A stretch of DNA of 64,000 bases from a virus, in IMG/VR virus record IMGVR_UViG_3300011339_000793, positions 58,902-122,901 of that record. One strand, written 5' to 3'. The notes under the pieces were generated by a model. The model did no database searches. It was not told the origin of the DNA and saw only the letters and a program-made list of their open reading frames with translations. A program made the translations under genes and the position numbers. Within the stretch, counting starts at the first letter, position 1. The number at the start of each line of letters is the position of its first letter. Below are positions 48,036-57,472 of the stretch, one piece after another.

Positions 48036-48380
48036 ATGACAACAGAAACCGTAAGAACACGAGGCGTATCAGCAATCAACTCAATTAGTGCTGCCTTAAA
48101 ACCGCAGAGTGATTTCTGGGCCTGGCAAGCAAAAGGACTATGTAAAGACGAAGACTCTGAAGTTTTCTTCTTAGAAGCAAATATGCGTGGAGATATTAAG
48201 CGTCTTCGCGTTGATATTGCAAAATCTATCTGCAAACCGTGTCCTGTAAAAAATGAATGCTTGGAGCACGCTTTAGCAGTCCCTGAAAATTACGGCGTTT
48301 GGGGAGGGCTTTCTGAAGAAGAGAGGGCTACCATTCTCTCTAAGCGTGGTTTCAAACCTGAATACACCCGTCTAGGATAG
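48036..48380 (+). CDS. whiB: WhiB-family transcription factor
   Basis: W...GLC...FF...AKSICKPCPVKNECLEHAL...GVWGGLSEEER. Confidence 0.95.
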   Translation: MTTETVRTRGVSAINSISAALKPQSDFWAWQAKGLCKDEDSEVFFLEANMRGDIKRLRVDIAKSICKPCPVKNECLEHALAVPENYGVWGGLSEEERATILSKRGFKPEYTRLG

Positions 48381-48398
48381 TTGAAGGGATAACTCACA

Positions 48399-48650
48399 GT
48401 GATAGTAAATATTTACGGAAAACCAGATTGTCTGGAGTGCGAAGCAACTAGAAGGCATCTTAACAAATATAATGTTGAATATTTAGAAATTGACGTTAGC
48501 ACTGACGAAGAGGCTCTTGCATATGTTCAATCTCTAGGATATGCAAAACTCCCTGTTATTGTTGCTGGAGATGACCACTGGTTCGGCTTCCGCCCAGAAA
48601 AACTTGCTCACCTTAAAAGGTTTGGTAAAACTACTCAAGTGATAGAATAA
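48399..48650 (+). CDS. nrdH: NrdH-like glutaredoxin
   Basis: YGKPDCLECEAT (CxxC), LPVIV, WFGFRP. Confidence 0.9.
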   Translation: MIVNIYGKPDCLECEATRRHLNKYNVEYLEIDVSTDEEALAYVQSLGYAKLPVIVAGDDHWFGFRPEKLAHLKRFGKTTQVIE

Positions 48651-48687
48651 CCATCAACCTCAAATTGAAGATTGGAAAGTAAAACTA

Positions 48688-49071
48688 ATGGCAGTAGAAC
48701 ATAAGCACATTCTTATCAATGCCCGTGTGAATAACCCCCTCAATCGTTTTGAGGAAGCAACAGAGTTTCTAAATGAACTAGTTGAAAGTGTTGGTATGAA
48801 AGTCCTTATGGGACCCCACGCTACTTATGTAAATACTCCAGGAAATCAAGGAGTTACAGCAATTGTTGGTATTGAAACCAGTCATATTGCCTTTCACATC
48901 TGGGACGAAGAGCAACCAGCCCGTCTTCAGTTCGACCTTTATACCTGCGGCGCTTTAGATAAAGACATTGTTCTACAAGCGGTAAATCGTAAGTTTGACA
49001 TTGTGAGCGCTGATTATCGCATCTATGACCGCGAAACAGGCTTTGTATTGCTTGAAGAAGGAACTATCTAA
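48688..49071 (+). CDS. speD: S-adenosylmethionine decarboxylase proenzyme-like
   Basis: GVTAIVGIETSHIAFHIWDE (SH self-cleavage site), FDLYTCG. Confidence 0.75.
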   Translation: MAVEHKHILINARVNNPLNRFEEATEFLNELVESVGMKVLMGPHATYVNTPGNQGVTAIVGIETSHIAFHIWDEEQPARLQFDLYTCGALDKDIVLQAVNRKFDIVSADYRIYDRETGFVLLEEGTI

Positions 49072-49106
49072 ATAGAATATCACTACGTCCTTCTGCCCGT
49101 AAAATA

Positions 49107-49361
49107 ATGGGTGGGAGGACGTTTGTGTTTAAGAAACTAGTTGTAGTAAGTCTGTGTGCTTTTTTGCTCACTGGCTGTGGAAAGTATGACTTCAAAGAGG
49201 TCTACCGCTATCCATGTCAGGACCCTGCAAACTGGGAAACACCAGAATGTCAGCCCCCAAATTGTGAAGCCTATGGTATTTGCACTAAAGATGTAATGAG
49301 AGGAACTCCGCTCTACGATGAAGACTTCGAATATGAAAATGCCCCGTCTGCAAATAAGTAG
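49107..49361 (+). CDS. Putative lipoprotein
   Basis: Lipobox LLTGC; RYPCQDP..W..PECQPP.C. Confidence 0.65.
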   Translation: MGGRTFVFKKLVVVSLCAFLLTGCGKYDFKEVYRYPCQDPANWETPECQPPNCEAYGICTKDVMRGTPLYDEDFEYENAPSANK

Positions 49362-49632
49362 ACGACCACGTTTTACTACAGACGAACTCAATGCTCGTCT
49401 TCGTTTCTATGTAGGTTTGATGCTTGCTATGACCGTCTTTGGCGCAACAATGGCAATTATCTACGCTGTAACTTTTGTTACTCAGCCTCTTGGTGAAGTT
49501 CAGTCTGAAAATGACAAGGCATTTTTTGGTCTGCTCTCAACAACTATTTCATTTTTAGTTGGAGTTATCTCTGGATTTATGCTCAATGGCACATCTGCCG
49601 CTGGAACCAAAATAGAAGAGGAAGATAAATAA
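49333..49632 (+). CDS. Two-TM membrane protein
   Basis: Hydrophobic helices; overlaps lipoprotein gene. Confidence 0.65.
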   Translation: MKMPRLQISRRPRFTTDELNARLRFYVGLMLAMTVFGATMAIIYAVTFVTQPLGEVQSENDKAFFGLLSTTISFLVGVISGFMLNGTSAAGTKIEEEDK

Positions 49633-50042
49633 TGTATGAATATCGAGTAAAAAGAGTTATTGGGGTTGTTGATGGAGACACTATTGATGTTGACATTGAT
49701 TTAGGTTTTGACATATCTTTCTATTCACGAGTGCGTCTTGCTGGAATTGATACCCCCGAGTCTAGAACAAAGGACAAAGAAGAGAAGGTTTTAGGTTTAG
49801 AGGTAAAAGAAAAACTAAAGAAACTTCTTAGCGAAGCAAAAACTGTTGTTATCAAAACAGAAAAGCCAGACTCGACTGAAAAATACGGACGTGTTTTAGG
49901 TTGGTTATATATAGATGGCGCAGAAAAATCTGTTAATGAAGGTCTTATTGCCAGCGGTTATGCTTGGTCATATATGGGAGATACAAAAGTTAAAGACTTT
50001 GAGGCGCTCAAAGCCAAGCGTAAGGCATCAGGAACGCTATAG
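49632..50042 (+). CDS. Thermonuclease (SNase-like)
   Basis: VVDGDTIDV, VRLAGIDTPE, EKYGRVLG, NEGLIASGYA. Confidence 0.9.
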   Translation: MYEYRVKRVIGVVDGDTIDVDIDLGFDISFYSRVRLAGIDTPESRTKDKEEKVLGLEVKEKLKKLLSEAKTVVIKTEKPDSTEKYGRVLGWLYIDGAEKSVNEGLIASGYAWSYMGDTKVKDFEALKAKRKASGTL

Positions 50043-50146
50043 TTCTCCAATGAGAGAACTTTTTCTTACAGTTATCTTTCCTCTCTACTGTTGGGTAGCG
50101 GGGATGGTTGTTATGTACATATGGATGAAATACGGAAAGAAGTGAA

Positions 50147-50314
50147 GTGGCTATCTACGAATACTCTTGTGAAACTTGTAGTTCACAAATAGAAACACAA
50201 ACCCACTATGAAGTCGGGCCAGATTGCACAGTTTGTTATAGACTAATGAAACGAGTCTGGACAGCACCAGCAGTTCAGTTCAAAGGAAGAGGCTTCTACT
50301 CAACTGGAGGCTAG
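50147..50314 (+). CDS. FmdB-family zinc-ribbon protein (55 aa)
   Basis: Hand-translated AIYEYSCETC...PDCTVC..MKRVW.AP.VQFKGRGFYSTGG. Confidence 0.8.
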   Translation: MAIYEYSCETCSSQIETQTHYEVGPDCTVCYRLMKRVWTAPAVQFKGRGFYSTGG

Positions 50315-50387
50315 TGACCTGTAACTCAGCCGGCAGAGTGGCGAACTGTTAATTCGCAAGTCGGAGGTTCGAGCCCTCCCAGGTCAG
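50315..50387 (+). tRNA. tRNA-Asn(GTT)
   Basis: Cloverleaf: TGACCTG/CAGGTCA acceptor, GCGAA-ctGTTaa-TTCGC, GGAGG-TTCGAGC-CCTCC; no encoded CCA. Confidence 0.93.
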
Positions 50388-50550
50388 CAAGTTGTTATTA
50401 CTTAGTATTTGGAACGCGCACCATTTTATGACGACCACGGCGCCATGAAATAATCCTACCCCCATTTTTTGTTATACTAGATGAACCACAGCCGAACGGT
50501 GTGGAACTAAACCGCTATCGCCTAACGGGGTAGCAGAAAGCGAGACAGCC

Positions 50551-51036
50551 ATGTCCAAAGAGACAACTGTTTACAACTCATATCTAACATCCCCCTCAGT
50601 AACAACAACTACGGTCAACTCTTCATTTGAAAACTGGCTCCCAAAAATCAACAACTGGGCCATAGGATTTGACCGCCACTGGGATTTGTTAGAAAACTTC
50701 CATAACTCAATGACAACACCTTCCTATCCTCCATACAACATCATCAAGGTTGACGAGGATGATTACACAATCGAAATGGCAGTTGCTGGTTTCTCTAAGA
50801 ACGATATTGAAATTGTTCAACAGGAACAGACATTGACCATCGAAGGCAAAAAGGACAAAGAGGACACAAGCAACTATGTCCACCGAGGAATTGCTGCTAG
50901 AGACTTCAAACATACTTTTGCTTTGGCAGATTATGTAGAAGTAGAGTCAGCAAAATTTACAGATGGAATTCTCTCTGTCAAGATTAAAAGAGAAGTTCCC
51001 GAAGAGAAAAAACCTCGTACCATTACTGTAAAGTAA
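50551..51036 (+). CDS. Small heat-shock protein Hsp20
   Basis: YPPYNII, IEMAVAGF, YVHRGIAARDF, DGILSV, VPEEKKPR.I. Confidence 0.92.
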   Translation: MSKETTVYNSYLTSPSVTTTTVNSSFENWLPKINNWAIGFDRHWDLLENFHNSMTTPSYPPYNIIKVDEDDYTIEMAVAGFSKNDIEIVQQEQTLTIEGKKDKEDTSNYVHRGIAARDFKHTFALADYVEVESAKFTDGILSVKIKREVPEEKKPRTITVK

Positions 51037-51131
51037 GTCTTAAGCGCTGAGGGGGGTTGCCTCTCAGATAGAGGCAATTCCTAAACGTGCCTTAGCCTTA
51101 CGACCTGAGCAAGTCGTAAAACTGCTCCAAC

Positions 51132-51205
51132 GCGAGTGTTGCATAATGGTAGTGCATCTGCCTTCCAAGCAGATAGTGCCAGTTCGATTCTGGTCACTCG
51201 CTCCA
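51132..51205 (+). tRNA. tRNA-Gly(TCC)
   Basis: GCGAGTG/CACTCGC acceptor, TCTGC-ctTCCaa-GCAGA, T-loop TTCGATT, encoded CCA. Confidence 0.93.
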
Positions 51206-51207
51206 AG

Positions 51208-51363
51208 TTATTTTGCTTTAGGGTTTGGAACGCGTTTCATTTTGTATCTGTTTTTTCTTTCATCAAATACAAGCGTCTTAATAAACTTCTTCCACGCTTT
51301 TCCATTAGGGCGATTGCCCGCCGACATAACTTTAGCGGGAGCCTGCTGCTTTCCTTTTGACAT
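51208..51363 (-). CDS. Small basic protein (51 aa)
   Basis: Hand-translated MSKGKQQAPAKVMSAGNRPNGKAWKKF... Confidence 0.45.
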   Translation of the reverse strand: MSKGKQQAPAKVMSAGNRPNGKAWKKFIKTLVFDERKNRYKMKRVPNPKAK

Positions 51364-51508
51364 ACAACAATCTTACACCAATTACTTGCTCAAGAAATCT
51401 ATTCTACAACTCGGCGTGTTGGTGCTGTAAAGCAAGAAGTAGAGCCATTAAGGTTTGTTTATGACTAAACACATCAACCTAATCACTGGTCTCAATTACA
51501 TCTAAAAT

Positions 51509-51742
51509 ATGACTATGAGCCAAACGGGATATGAGACCGACACAGACACGTTTATGGACACAGATAGCGGTGACCATGACCGTTTTGCTCACTATGTTGA
51601 TAAAGAGGCGGCTACAGAGGCAACAGTTATGGGATACCCAGTTGTTGCTCTTTGTGGGAAAGTCTGGGTTCCCTCTCGTGACCCAGAGAAGTATCCAATC
51701 TGTCAGACTTGTAAAGAGTTATTCCTAAGTTTAGGAGCCTAA
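51509..51742 (+). CDS. DUF3039-family protein
   Basis: DHDRFAHYV.K...ALCGKVWVPSRDPEKYPICQTC. Confidence 0.9.
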   Translation: MTMSQTGYETDTDTFMDTDSGDHDRFAHYVDKEAATEATVMGYPVVALCGKVWVPSRDPEKYPICQTCKELFLSLGA

Positions 51743-51958
51743 ATGAGCGAAACAGCAAAAGTTATACAGCCGCAGGACCGTTGCGATAGGTGTATTGCTA
51801 AGGCTTTTTATATGGTCGTGTTCAATAGTGGAGATTTATACTTTTGCGCTCATCACTTCCGCGAGCACGAAGATAGTTTTATCGAGACTGCTTTAGATAT
51901 ATATGACGAAACTGATGAAGTTTTGTTAGAGCCTTTAGAGCATCAAACTACTAATTGA
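51743..51958 (+). CDS. Small actinobacterial Zn-binding protein (DUF7455-like)
   Basis: DRCDRC.AKA...LYFCAHH..EH. Confidence 0.7.
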   Translation: MSETAKVIQPQDRCDRCIAKAFYMVVFNSGDLYFCAHHFREHEDSFIETALDIYDETDEVLLEPLEHQTTN

Positions 51959-52855
51959 TTCGTCAATTCTTTTCTTTGCTATTTCAGCATATTCAGGGTT
52001 TATCTCAACCCCAATAAAGTTTCTTTGATGCCTTAGGGAAACAACTCCTACTGTTCCAGAACCAGTAAAGGGGTCTAGAACAGTTCCACCTACAGCACTT
52101 CCTGCAAGAACGCAGGGTTCAACGAGTGCTTCTGGCATAACAGCAAAATGAGCACCAGCAAAAGGTCTGGTGTTTATAGTCCAAACATCTCTTTTATTTC
52201 TTTTACCATCGTAGATTTTATAAACTGGCGGTCTTGCGTTTACACCTTTTATACCCTGACGTTCTACAGAGCCCTTAGCCCCTTTAGTTCCAGCAGGAAT
52301 AACACCGTCTTCTTTGATTGCCTCACTATCAAAATAGTATTTAGGAGACTTGCTTAACAAGAAAACATACTCGTGCGACTTAGTGCACCTATCTTTTACA
52401 GACTCAGGCATTGGGTTTGGCTTTGCCCAAATAATGTCTTGGCGCAGATACCAACCATCGGCTCGTAGAGCAAAGGCAAGCATCCACGGAATTCCAACTA
52501 AGTCTTTAGGTTTTGTTCCTTCTGGAACTAGTCCACCTGTTTTCTTTTCAAGATGGCGCTCATTATGTTTCTTTCCTAAATTACCTGCTGGTCCTTTACC
52601 TGAACCAGAATAACTATCTCCGATATTCAGCCACAACGTTCCATCATCTGCCAATACACGCTTTACTTCACTAAAAACTTTGACCATTACATCTATATAG
52701 TCCTGAGGGTTTTCTTCTAAACCTATCTGACTTTCGTTTCCGTAATCTCTAAGACCCCAGTAGGGAGGAGAAGTTACACACATATTTACACTTTTATCTT
52801 CTAACTCTTTTAGTTTATCTAGAACATCACCAATAAGAAGGTTGTAGTGTGTCAC
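51935..52855 (-). CDS. DNA methyltransferase (N4-C/N6-A, beta class)
   Basis: TSPPYWGLRDY, IIWAKPNPMPESV, HFAVMP, LDPFTGSGT. Confidence 0.92.
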   Translation of the reverse strand: MTHYNLLIGDVLDKLKELEDKSVNMCVTSPPYWGLRDYGNESQIGLEENPQDYIDVMVKVFSEVKRVLADDGTLWLNIGDSYSGSGKGPAGNLGKKHNERHLEKKTGGLVPEGTKPKDLVGIPWMLAFALRADGWYLRQDIIWAKPNPMPESVKDRCTKSHEYVFLLSKSPKYYFDSEAIKEDGVIPAGTKGAKGSVERQGIKGVNARPPVYKIYDGKRNKRDVWTINTRPFAGAHFAVMPEALVEPCVLAGSAVGGTVLDPFTGSGTVGVVSLRHQRNFIGVEINPEYAEIAKKRIDESISSLML

Positions 52856-52863
52856 TGTGTCTT

Positions 52864-54099
52864 TTACTCCTTACTATCTTTGATTGCAAAATCAATTCGT
52901 GCTTGAGAGATTTTTACATACTCTTCTGATTGGTCAATACCAATAAAACTAAAACCTTCATACATACAGGCTTTGCCAGTAGAACCCGACCCCATAAATG
53001 GGTCAAGCACTATTCCAGTAGGCGGGGTTATTAGTCGCACAAGATACTGCATCAACGCTATTGGTTTTACTGTTGGGTGGTGATTACTTTGTGCAGCAAC
53101 ACCTTTTTCATCAAAAGTTCCCATTCCAGTCTTTGTTCTTGTGTCAGGACGCTTAACTTCAAATCCATCTAAACCATCGTTCCTGTCACGCTTATTTGCT
53201 TTAGCGCAATAAAAGAAACGAGCAGCAGAGCCGTCATCTCCCATTGCTCTGAAACCACCTTCTGTTTCTTGACCAGATGCAAAAGTTGTTGCTACAGCCT
53301 TACCCCTCTTAGCAGGATAAGCACCACCCTTTGCTCTAGGAAAGAGTTCTGTTACTTCTTCACTACCATCGTGAATAAGATTTGCTGGAAACCTTCCTTT
53401 GTTATTCATTTCTTGTTCGTATTCTGGTTTTACTTTTTCCCCAAACCCAGACCACATTTCTAATTTATTGATAGGAATTTCTTCGCCTGGCACTCTTGAG
53501 TCGTCTATGTTAATACCGCCAACTCCGTGCTTGAGGATATTGTTTACAACGGTTCCTTCTAATGGTTTGCGTGCTAAAACTATTGGTTCGTGTGCTGGCT
53601 TGAGAGCAGTGCCCCAGCCTTCCCATTTCTTTGCTTCTTCAGAGGAAGGTTTTGTTATGTAGTCTGTTTTTCCAACAGTTCCTGATTCAAAAAGCGTATT
53701 GTCTTTTGTAGAGTTTTCTCTGCTATTAGGATTTCTACCAACAACTTCTCGTTCTACACCTAAGTGCTTATCTAATTGCTTATCAATAGCCATTGACTTA
53801 GGGAAACCAGAACCATATACCCACATAATTTGGTCTCTAATTTCAAACCCAGCATCTTCAATAGCAACTGCCATTCGGTGATAAGTGCGTGAACCTGAGA
53901 AAGCAAGCAAGTGCCCTCCAGGTTTTAGAACTCTATACGCTTCACGCCATACATCTACATTAAAAGCAATGCCAGTTGCGTCCCACTTCTTTCCCATAAA
54001 TCCTAATTCGTAGGGAGGGTCAGTAACAATAGAGTCAACACTGTTTTCTTCTAGAGTAGGCAAGACTTTTAGACAGTCTCCGTGAAAGAGTTTTAGCAT
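52864..54099 (-). CDS. DNA methyltransferase (N6-A/N4-C, beta class)
   Basis: TDPPYELGFMGK.WD, HEPIVLARKP, HPTVKP, LDPFMGSGSTG. Confidence 0.92.
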   Translation of the reverse strand: MLKLFHGDCLKVLPTLEENSVDSIVTDPPYELGFMGKKWDATGIAFNVDVWREAYRVLKPGGHLLAFSGSRTYHRMAVAIEDAGFEIRDQIMWVYGSGFPKSMAIDKQLDKHLGVEREVVGRNPNSRENSTKDNTLFESGTVGKTDYITKPSSEEAKKWEGWGTALKPAHEPIVLARKPLEGTVVNNILKHGVGGINIDDSRVPGEEIPINKLEMWSGFGEKVKPEYEQEMNNKGRFPANLIHDGSEEVTELFPRAKGGAYPAKRGKAVATTFASGQETEGGFRAMGDDGSAARFFYCAKANKRDRNDGLDGFEVKRPDTRTKTGMGTFDEKGVAAQSNHHPTVKPIALMQYLVRLITPPTGIVLDPFMGSGSTGKACMYEGFSFIGIDQSEEYVKISQARIDFAIKDSKE

Positions 54100-54186
54100 A
54101 ACCGTAAGGTAACACACCCTCACCTAAACCTACCCCGTGACACTCCGTCTTCGATTAACGGCACGAGAGGGCAGAAAAACGGGTTT

Positions 54187-54432
54187 TTAGATTATTTTAT
54201 TGATTCGCTCTTTAGACCAATGCAAATATGATTTTACATAAACCACAGCGTAGGCAACAGCAGAGAAGATAAACCCATACTGGTCTGTAATAAGGGCGTA
54301 GGCAATCCACAAGGCTTCATTGAAGGTCAGAACAATCCAACCCCAAATAGTCTTACGACCAACAAAATAAATTCCGCCTACGCCAATTACAGCCAGAACC
54401 CAAGAGCCATAGTTCTCTATCAGACTTATCAT
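54187..54432 (-). CDS. Small PnuC-like membrane protein
   Basis: Three TM helices with RKTIWGW..WI.Y..QYGF pattern. Confidence 0.55.
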   Translation of the reverse strand: MISLIENYGSWVLAVIGVGGIYFVGRKTIWGWIVLTFNEALWIAYALITDQYGFIFSAVAYAVVYVKSYLHWSKERINKII

Positions 54433-54818
54433 TCCATGCTCAATCCAAGTTTATCTATCTGTAGAAGGAAACTAAAGTTAGGGCCTAGTAGTTCAATTGT
54501 TACATTATCTATAGACATAAACTTATTCTCAGCATCAATATCCCAATGCTGAACTTCATCATAAGTTGGTCTTAGGTAGTTGATGGAGTGGTTGACTAGG
54601 TATTCAGGTCGCAGGGCGTGCTCGTCGTCTTCCTTAATCTCAGGGATTGAGGCAATTTTGACTAGCCCTCCACAAATGATAATCCACTTGTTTTTCGCGG
54701 TAGTAACAAATAAATACAGATTCCCACTACTTGTATCAACACGGGTAATACCGTGGGTGATTAGTTCCTGGTTTATCTGAGTCCACAGTTTGTTAGTTTG
54801 CTCGTTGGCTACATCCAT
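54429..54818 (-). CDS. Hypothetical protein
   Basis: ORF track; overlaps neighbour. Confidence 0.6.
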   Translation of the reverse strand: MDVANEQTNKLWTQINQELITHGITRVDTSSGNLYLFVTTAKNKWIIICGGLVKIASIPEIKEDDEHALRPEYLVNHSINYLRPTYDEVQHWDIDAENKFMSIDNVTIELLGPNFSFLLQIDKLGLSME

Positions 54819-54845
54819 TGTAAAAGACTACTCTATTATTAGGCT

Positions 54846-55142
54846 ATGGAAGAGCGAAACGACCAACAATACAATGAAGAGTTTCTTAAGATAATTATGG
54901 ACTCTGGCTATAGAACAAACAATCCAGAGTTTGTTGCTGAACTTATTGGAACTCTTTATAACTATATGAGCGAGAAGACAGGGTGCTCAACTAGAGAACT
55001 TTCCCCGTATATAGGTGAGATAACTAAGTTAGTCGGTCAAGACCACGTTCAAACACTTTCGGTAGATGATATGTGCGATTGGATTATTTGGTATAAAAAG
55101 CAAGGTCTACCCACTCCACCTCCAACTGACGAGTTTATGTAA
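54846..55142 (+). CDS. Hypothetical protein
   Basis: ORF track. Confidence 0.6.
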   Translation: MEERNDQQYNEEFLKIIMDSGYRTNNPEFVAELIGTLYNYMSEKTGCSTRELSPYIGEITKLVGQDHVQTLSVDDMCDWIIWYKKQGLPTPPPTDEFM

Positions 55143-55240
55143 GAGTGTTATATTAAAAAAGTCAGGTAAGTTAACTCAAGTTGCTTATTTTGTCTAGTCA
55201 CCTATATGCTTATCTCACGACAAAGACGAAAGGAACCGAT

Positions 55241-55810
55241 ATGAGTAATCAAAATTCATATGTCAAGATTAACCATACTCTTCCACAAGAGGTTGTTACA
55301 ACATTTAAGAGTTTTGAAGGTGCTATTGATAAGCGTAATGCTTACATTGTTGCTATTAGAAACAATCAATGGAGTCTTCAATCAATTGCTGATGTAGTTG
55401 GAACTACGAGAGAACGTATTAGACAGATTGCTGAAGGGTTTCAAGGAACCCCATTAACATCTAATGTTCCTCTACCAACACCGCCTCTAAAACCAGTGCG
55501 CGAAAAACGAGTTCTTCCAGAGCCGAGTGAAGAAGACATCACAAGACTTCTTAAACTTCAACCTCTTGCTCAGAAAGTTCGCTCTCACTCACAAGCAAAC
55601 AGAAAAGAAGCAGAGGAATACACTGCTTTACTATTCAAGATTTACAAAGAAGACGGAGTTTCTTTGTTTAGACTTGCTAAGCGTTTAGGAGTAACCCACG
55701 GGGCTTTACGTTTCCGTATGGCTCGCTATGGCTATATTGAGGGCACAACTTCTAAGAGCACTTGCTATAAACCAATTTTGGATAAGAACCGATATGTCCT
55801 CAACTCTTGA
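55241..55810 (+). CDS. Double HTH DNA-binding protein (paralog 3)
   Basis: WSLQSIADVVGTTRERIRQI and SLFRLAKRLGVTHGALRFRM; SD GAAAGGA before ATG 55241. Confidence 0.75.
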   Translation: MSNQNSYVKINHTLPQEVVTTFKSFEGAIDKRNAYIVAIRNNQWSLQSIADVVGTTRERIRQIAEGFQGTPLTSNVPLPTPPLKPVREKRVLPEPSEEDITRLLKLQPLAQKVRSHSQANRKEAEEYTALLFKIYKEDGVSLFRLAKRLGVTHGALRFRMARYGYIEGTTSKSTCYKPILDKNRYVLNS

Positions 55811-55955
55811 GCCCAAGTTCGGCTGGGGCCATGAAGAGGCAATGCGCAACTATAAGGAAGCACTTGCTGTTCAGATTGAACAACTCGAGATTGACCCGAG
55901 TTGGAGACCAAACGAAGTTGTTAGGTATGTAGCAAGATTAGTTCGCAATACTTAG
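55794..55955 (+). CDS. Hypothetical protein
   Basis: Overlaps HTH gene end. Confidence 0.55.
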   Translation: MSSTLEPKFGWGHEEAMRNYKEALAVQIEQLEIDPSWRPNEVVRYVARLVRNT

Positions 55956-56056
55956 ATTTCGTCGCTCTACAAACTTATCTTTTCCGGAAAGAAGTAAGGG
56001 GCTAGAGACACGAAAAGACCTGGGTAAGTCTAGAAAGTGCCCAACTTCCGTCATAG

Positions 56057-56084
56057 AAAAGGCTCCCTTCGGGGGGTCTTTTTT
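56057..56084 (+). terminator. Rho-independent terminator
   Basis: GGCTCCC-TTCG-GGGGGTC followed by T-run. Confidence 0.8.
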
Positions 56085-56134
56085 ATTGTAAACTAAAGTT
56101 GACAACATATGTATATGCCTATAACCTACTAACA

Positions 56135-56434
56135 ATGATAAAAAAGAGAAAAATGAATTGTTCTAGATGCAAAGAAAAACTTACTCATACTGGTTTAGGC
56201 GGGTATGACAATGCTCTTCGTATTACTTTAGATGGCGGATATGCCGAGTTTGTTGATGGAATTGTTTTTGCAAATGATGATTTTGCTAAGCCGCCTCTTG
56301 GTCACATTCTTTGCCACAGGTGTGGACATGAACTGATGAACTGGCTAAAAGTGCCAGAACAGAATATAGAAGGTTGGCACCAGCGTGTAGAGAGCGAACC
56401 TCTTTGCAGAGGTTGGGTTTTTCCAGAGAATTAG
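56135..56434 (+). CDS. Cys-rich hypothetical protein, probably leaderless
   Basis: TTGACA-17-TAACCT ends 7 nt before ATG 56135; CSRC..CHRC. Confidence 0.6.
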   Translation: MIKKRKMNCSRCKEKLTHTGLGGYDNALRITLDGGYAEFVDGIVFANDDFAKPPLGHILCHRCGHELMNWLKVPEQNIEGWHQRVESEPLCRGWVFPEN

Positions 56435-56742
56435 TCATCTGGGTAAATACTTTTGAAATACTCTATTCCGTCTTCTGTAGCGGAAAAACGTGCTTGAAGT
56501 TCTTCATTGTAGTCAATCTTTATAAGACCTAAAGAGAATAAATTCATAAGATTCTCATTTACCCCACTCATTACTTCTTCATAGAACTCTGGGACCAGAA
56601 CCTTCATTAGTTCAAAGTTATATGTATAAGTTAGTTCCCCATCTTCGTCAAAGCCATCTTCTTCAAGGATGCCAACCTCTATAAGCCAGTCAACCATCTC
56701 TTCAGATTCTTGGCCTAGTGGCTCGAAGTCTTCGTATTCCAT
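56431..56742 (-). CDS. Acidic hypothetical protein
   Basis: ORF track. Confidence 0.65.
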   Translation of the reverse strand: MEYEDFEPLGQESEEMVDWLIEVGILEEDGFDEDGELTYTYNFELMKVLVPEFYEEVMSGVNENLMNLFSLGLIKIDYNEELQARFSATEDGIEYFKSIYPDD

Positions 56743-56989
56743 ATATTTATATTACATTGATGTTATTTGTATTATTAGGACATACGCAAAGTTTTTGAAA
56801 AAGATTTGTATGTATAAACAACTTAGAGAAGACAGCCCCACAAAACTCCCTCCCTCTCCCTCCTTCTCGGCTCCTCCTCCTCTTCTTCGCTTAACGGCAA
56901 GAGAGCGCAGAGTAATCAAGTTCTTATTATATAGAAAGTAGAATAGGTTCAAATAGCATATTTGATTTGGTCTTAATCTTTACATTAAG

Positions 56990-57472
56990 ATGGCTACTAA
57001 GAAAAAGCGTGCCTCAGCAAACCACTCTCAGGCAATCACTAAGACTAAGGGTGTCGGAAAAGCAATTCATCTTCTTGCTTTAGAGGGCAAGTCTTATAGT
57101 CAAATCTCAAATGAACTAGGAGTTTCTAAAGGAACTATCTCCTACCACCTAGGGACTAACCAAAAAGACAAAACTGTTCAAAGAACACGAGGCTATAGAG
57201 CAGCCATTGATGCATACTTGCAAGCCACAAAATCAGCAGTAAAGTTCTGCCCAGACTGCGGTGAGCAAAAGCAATGGTTCCAAATGGACTTCGACCATGT
57301 AAGAGGAAAGAAGAAGTTCAGTCTTTCTCGCTACCATCGCTTTACCCAGAGCATAAACATAGTCAAAGAAGAGGTGGCTAAATGCGACATTGTTTGCGCC
57401 TGTTGTCATAGACTACGGACATATGTAAGGGCTATGGAGGCTAAGCAACTTCGTGAAACTAAAGTGGAATAA
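56990..57472 (+). CDS. HTH plus HNH endonuclease
   Basis: SYSQISNELGVSKGTISYHL; CPDC, MDFDHV, KCDIVCACCHRLRT. Confidence 0.85.
   Translation: MATKKKRASANHSQAITKTKGVGKAIHLLALEGKSYSQISNELGVSKGTISYHLGTNQKDKTVQRTRGYRAAIDAYLQATKSAVKFCPDCGEQKQWFQMDFDHVRGKKKFSLSRYHRFTQSINIVKEEVAKCDIVCACCHRLRTYVRAMEAKQLRETKVE

Noticed and set aside
50470-50550. RNA thermometer upstream of hsp20
   Set aside because: Short hairpins exist, but I could not show SD sequestration or a ROSE/fourU motif
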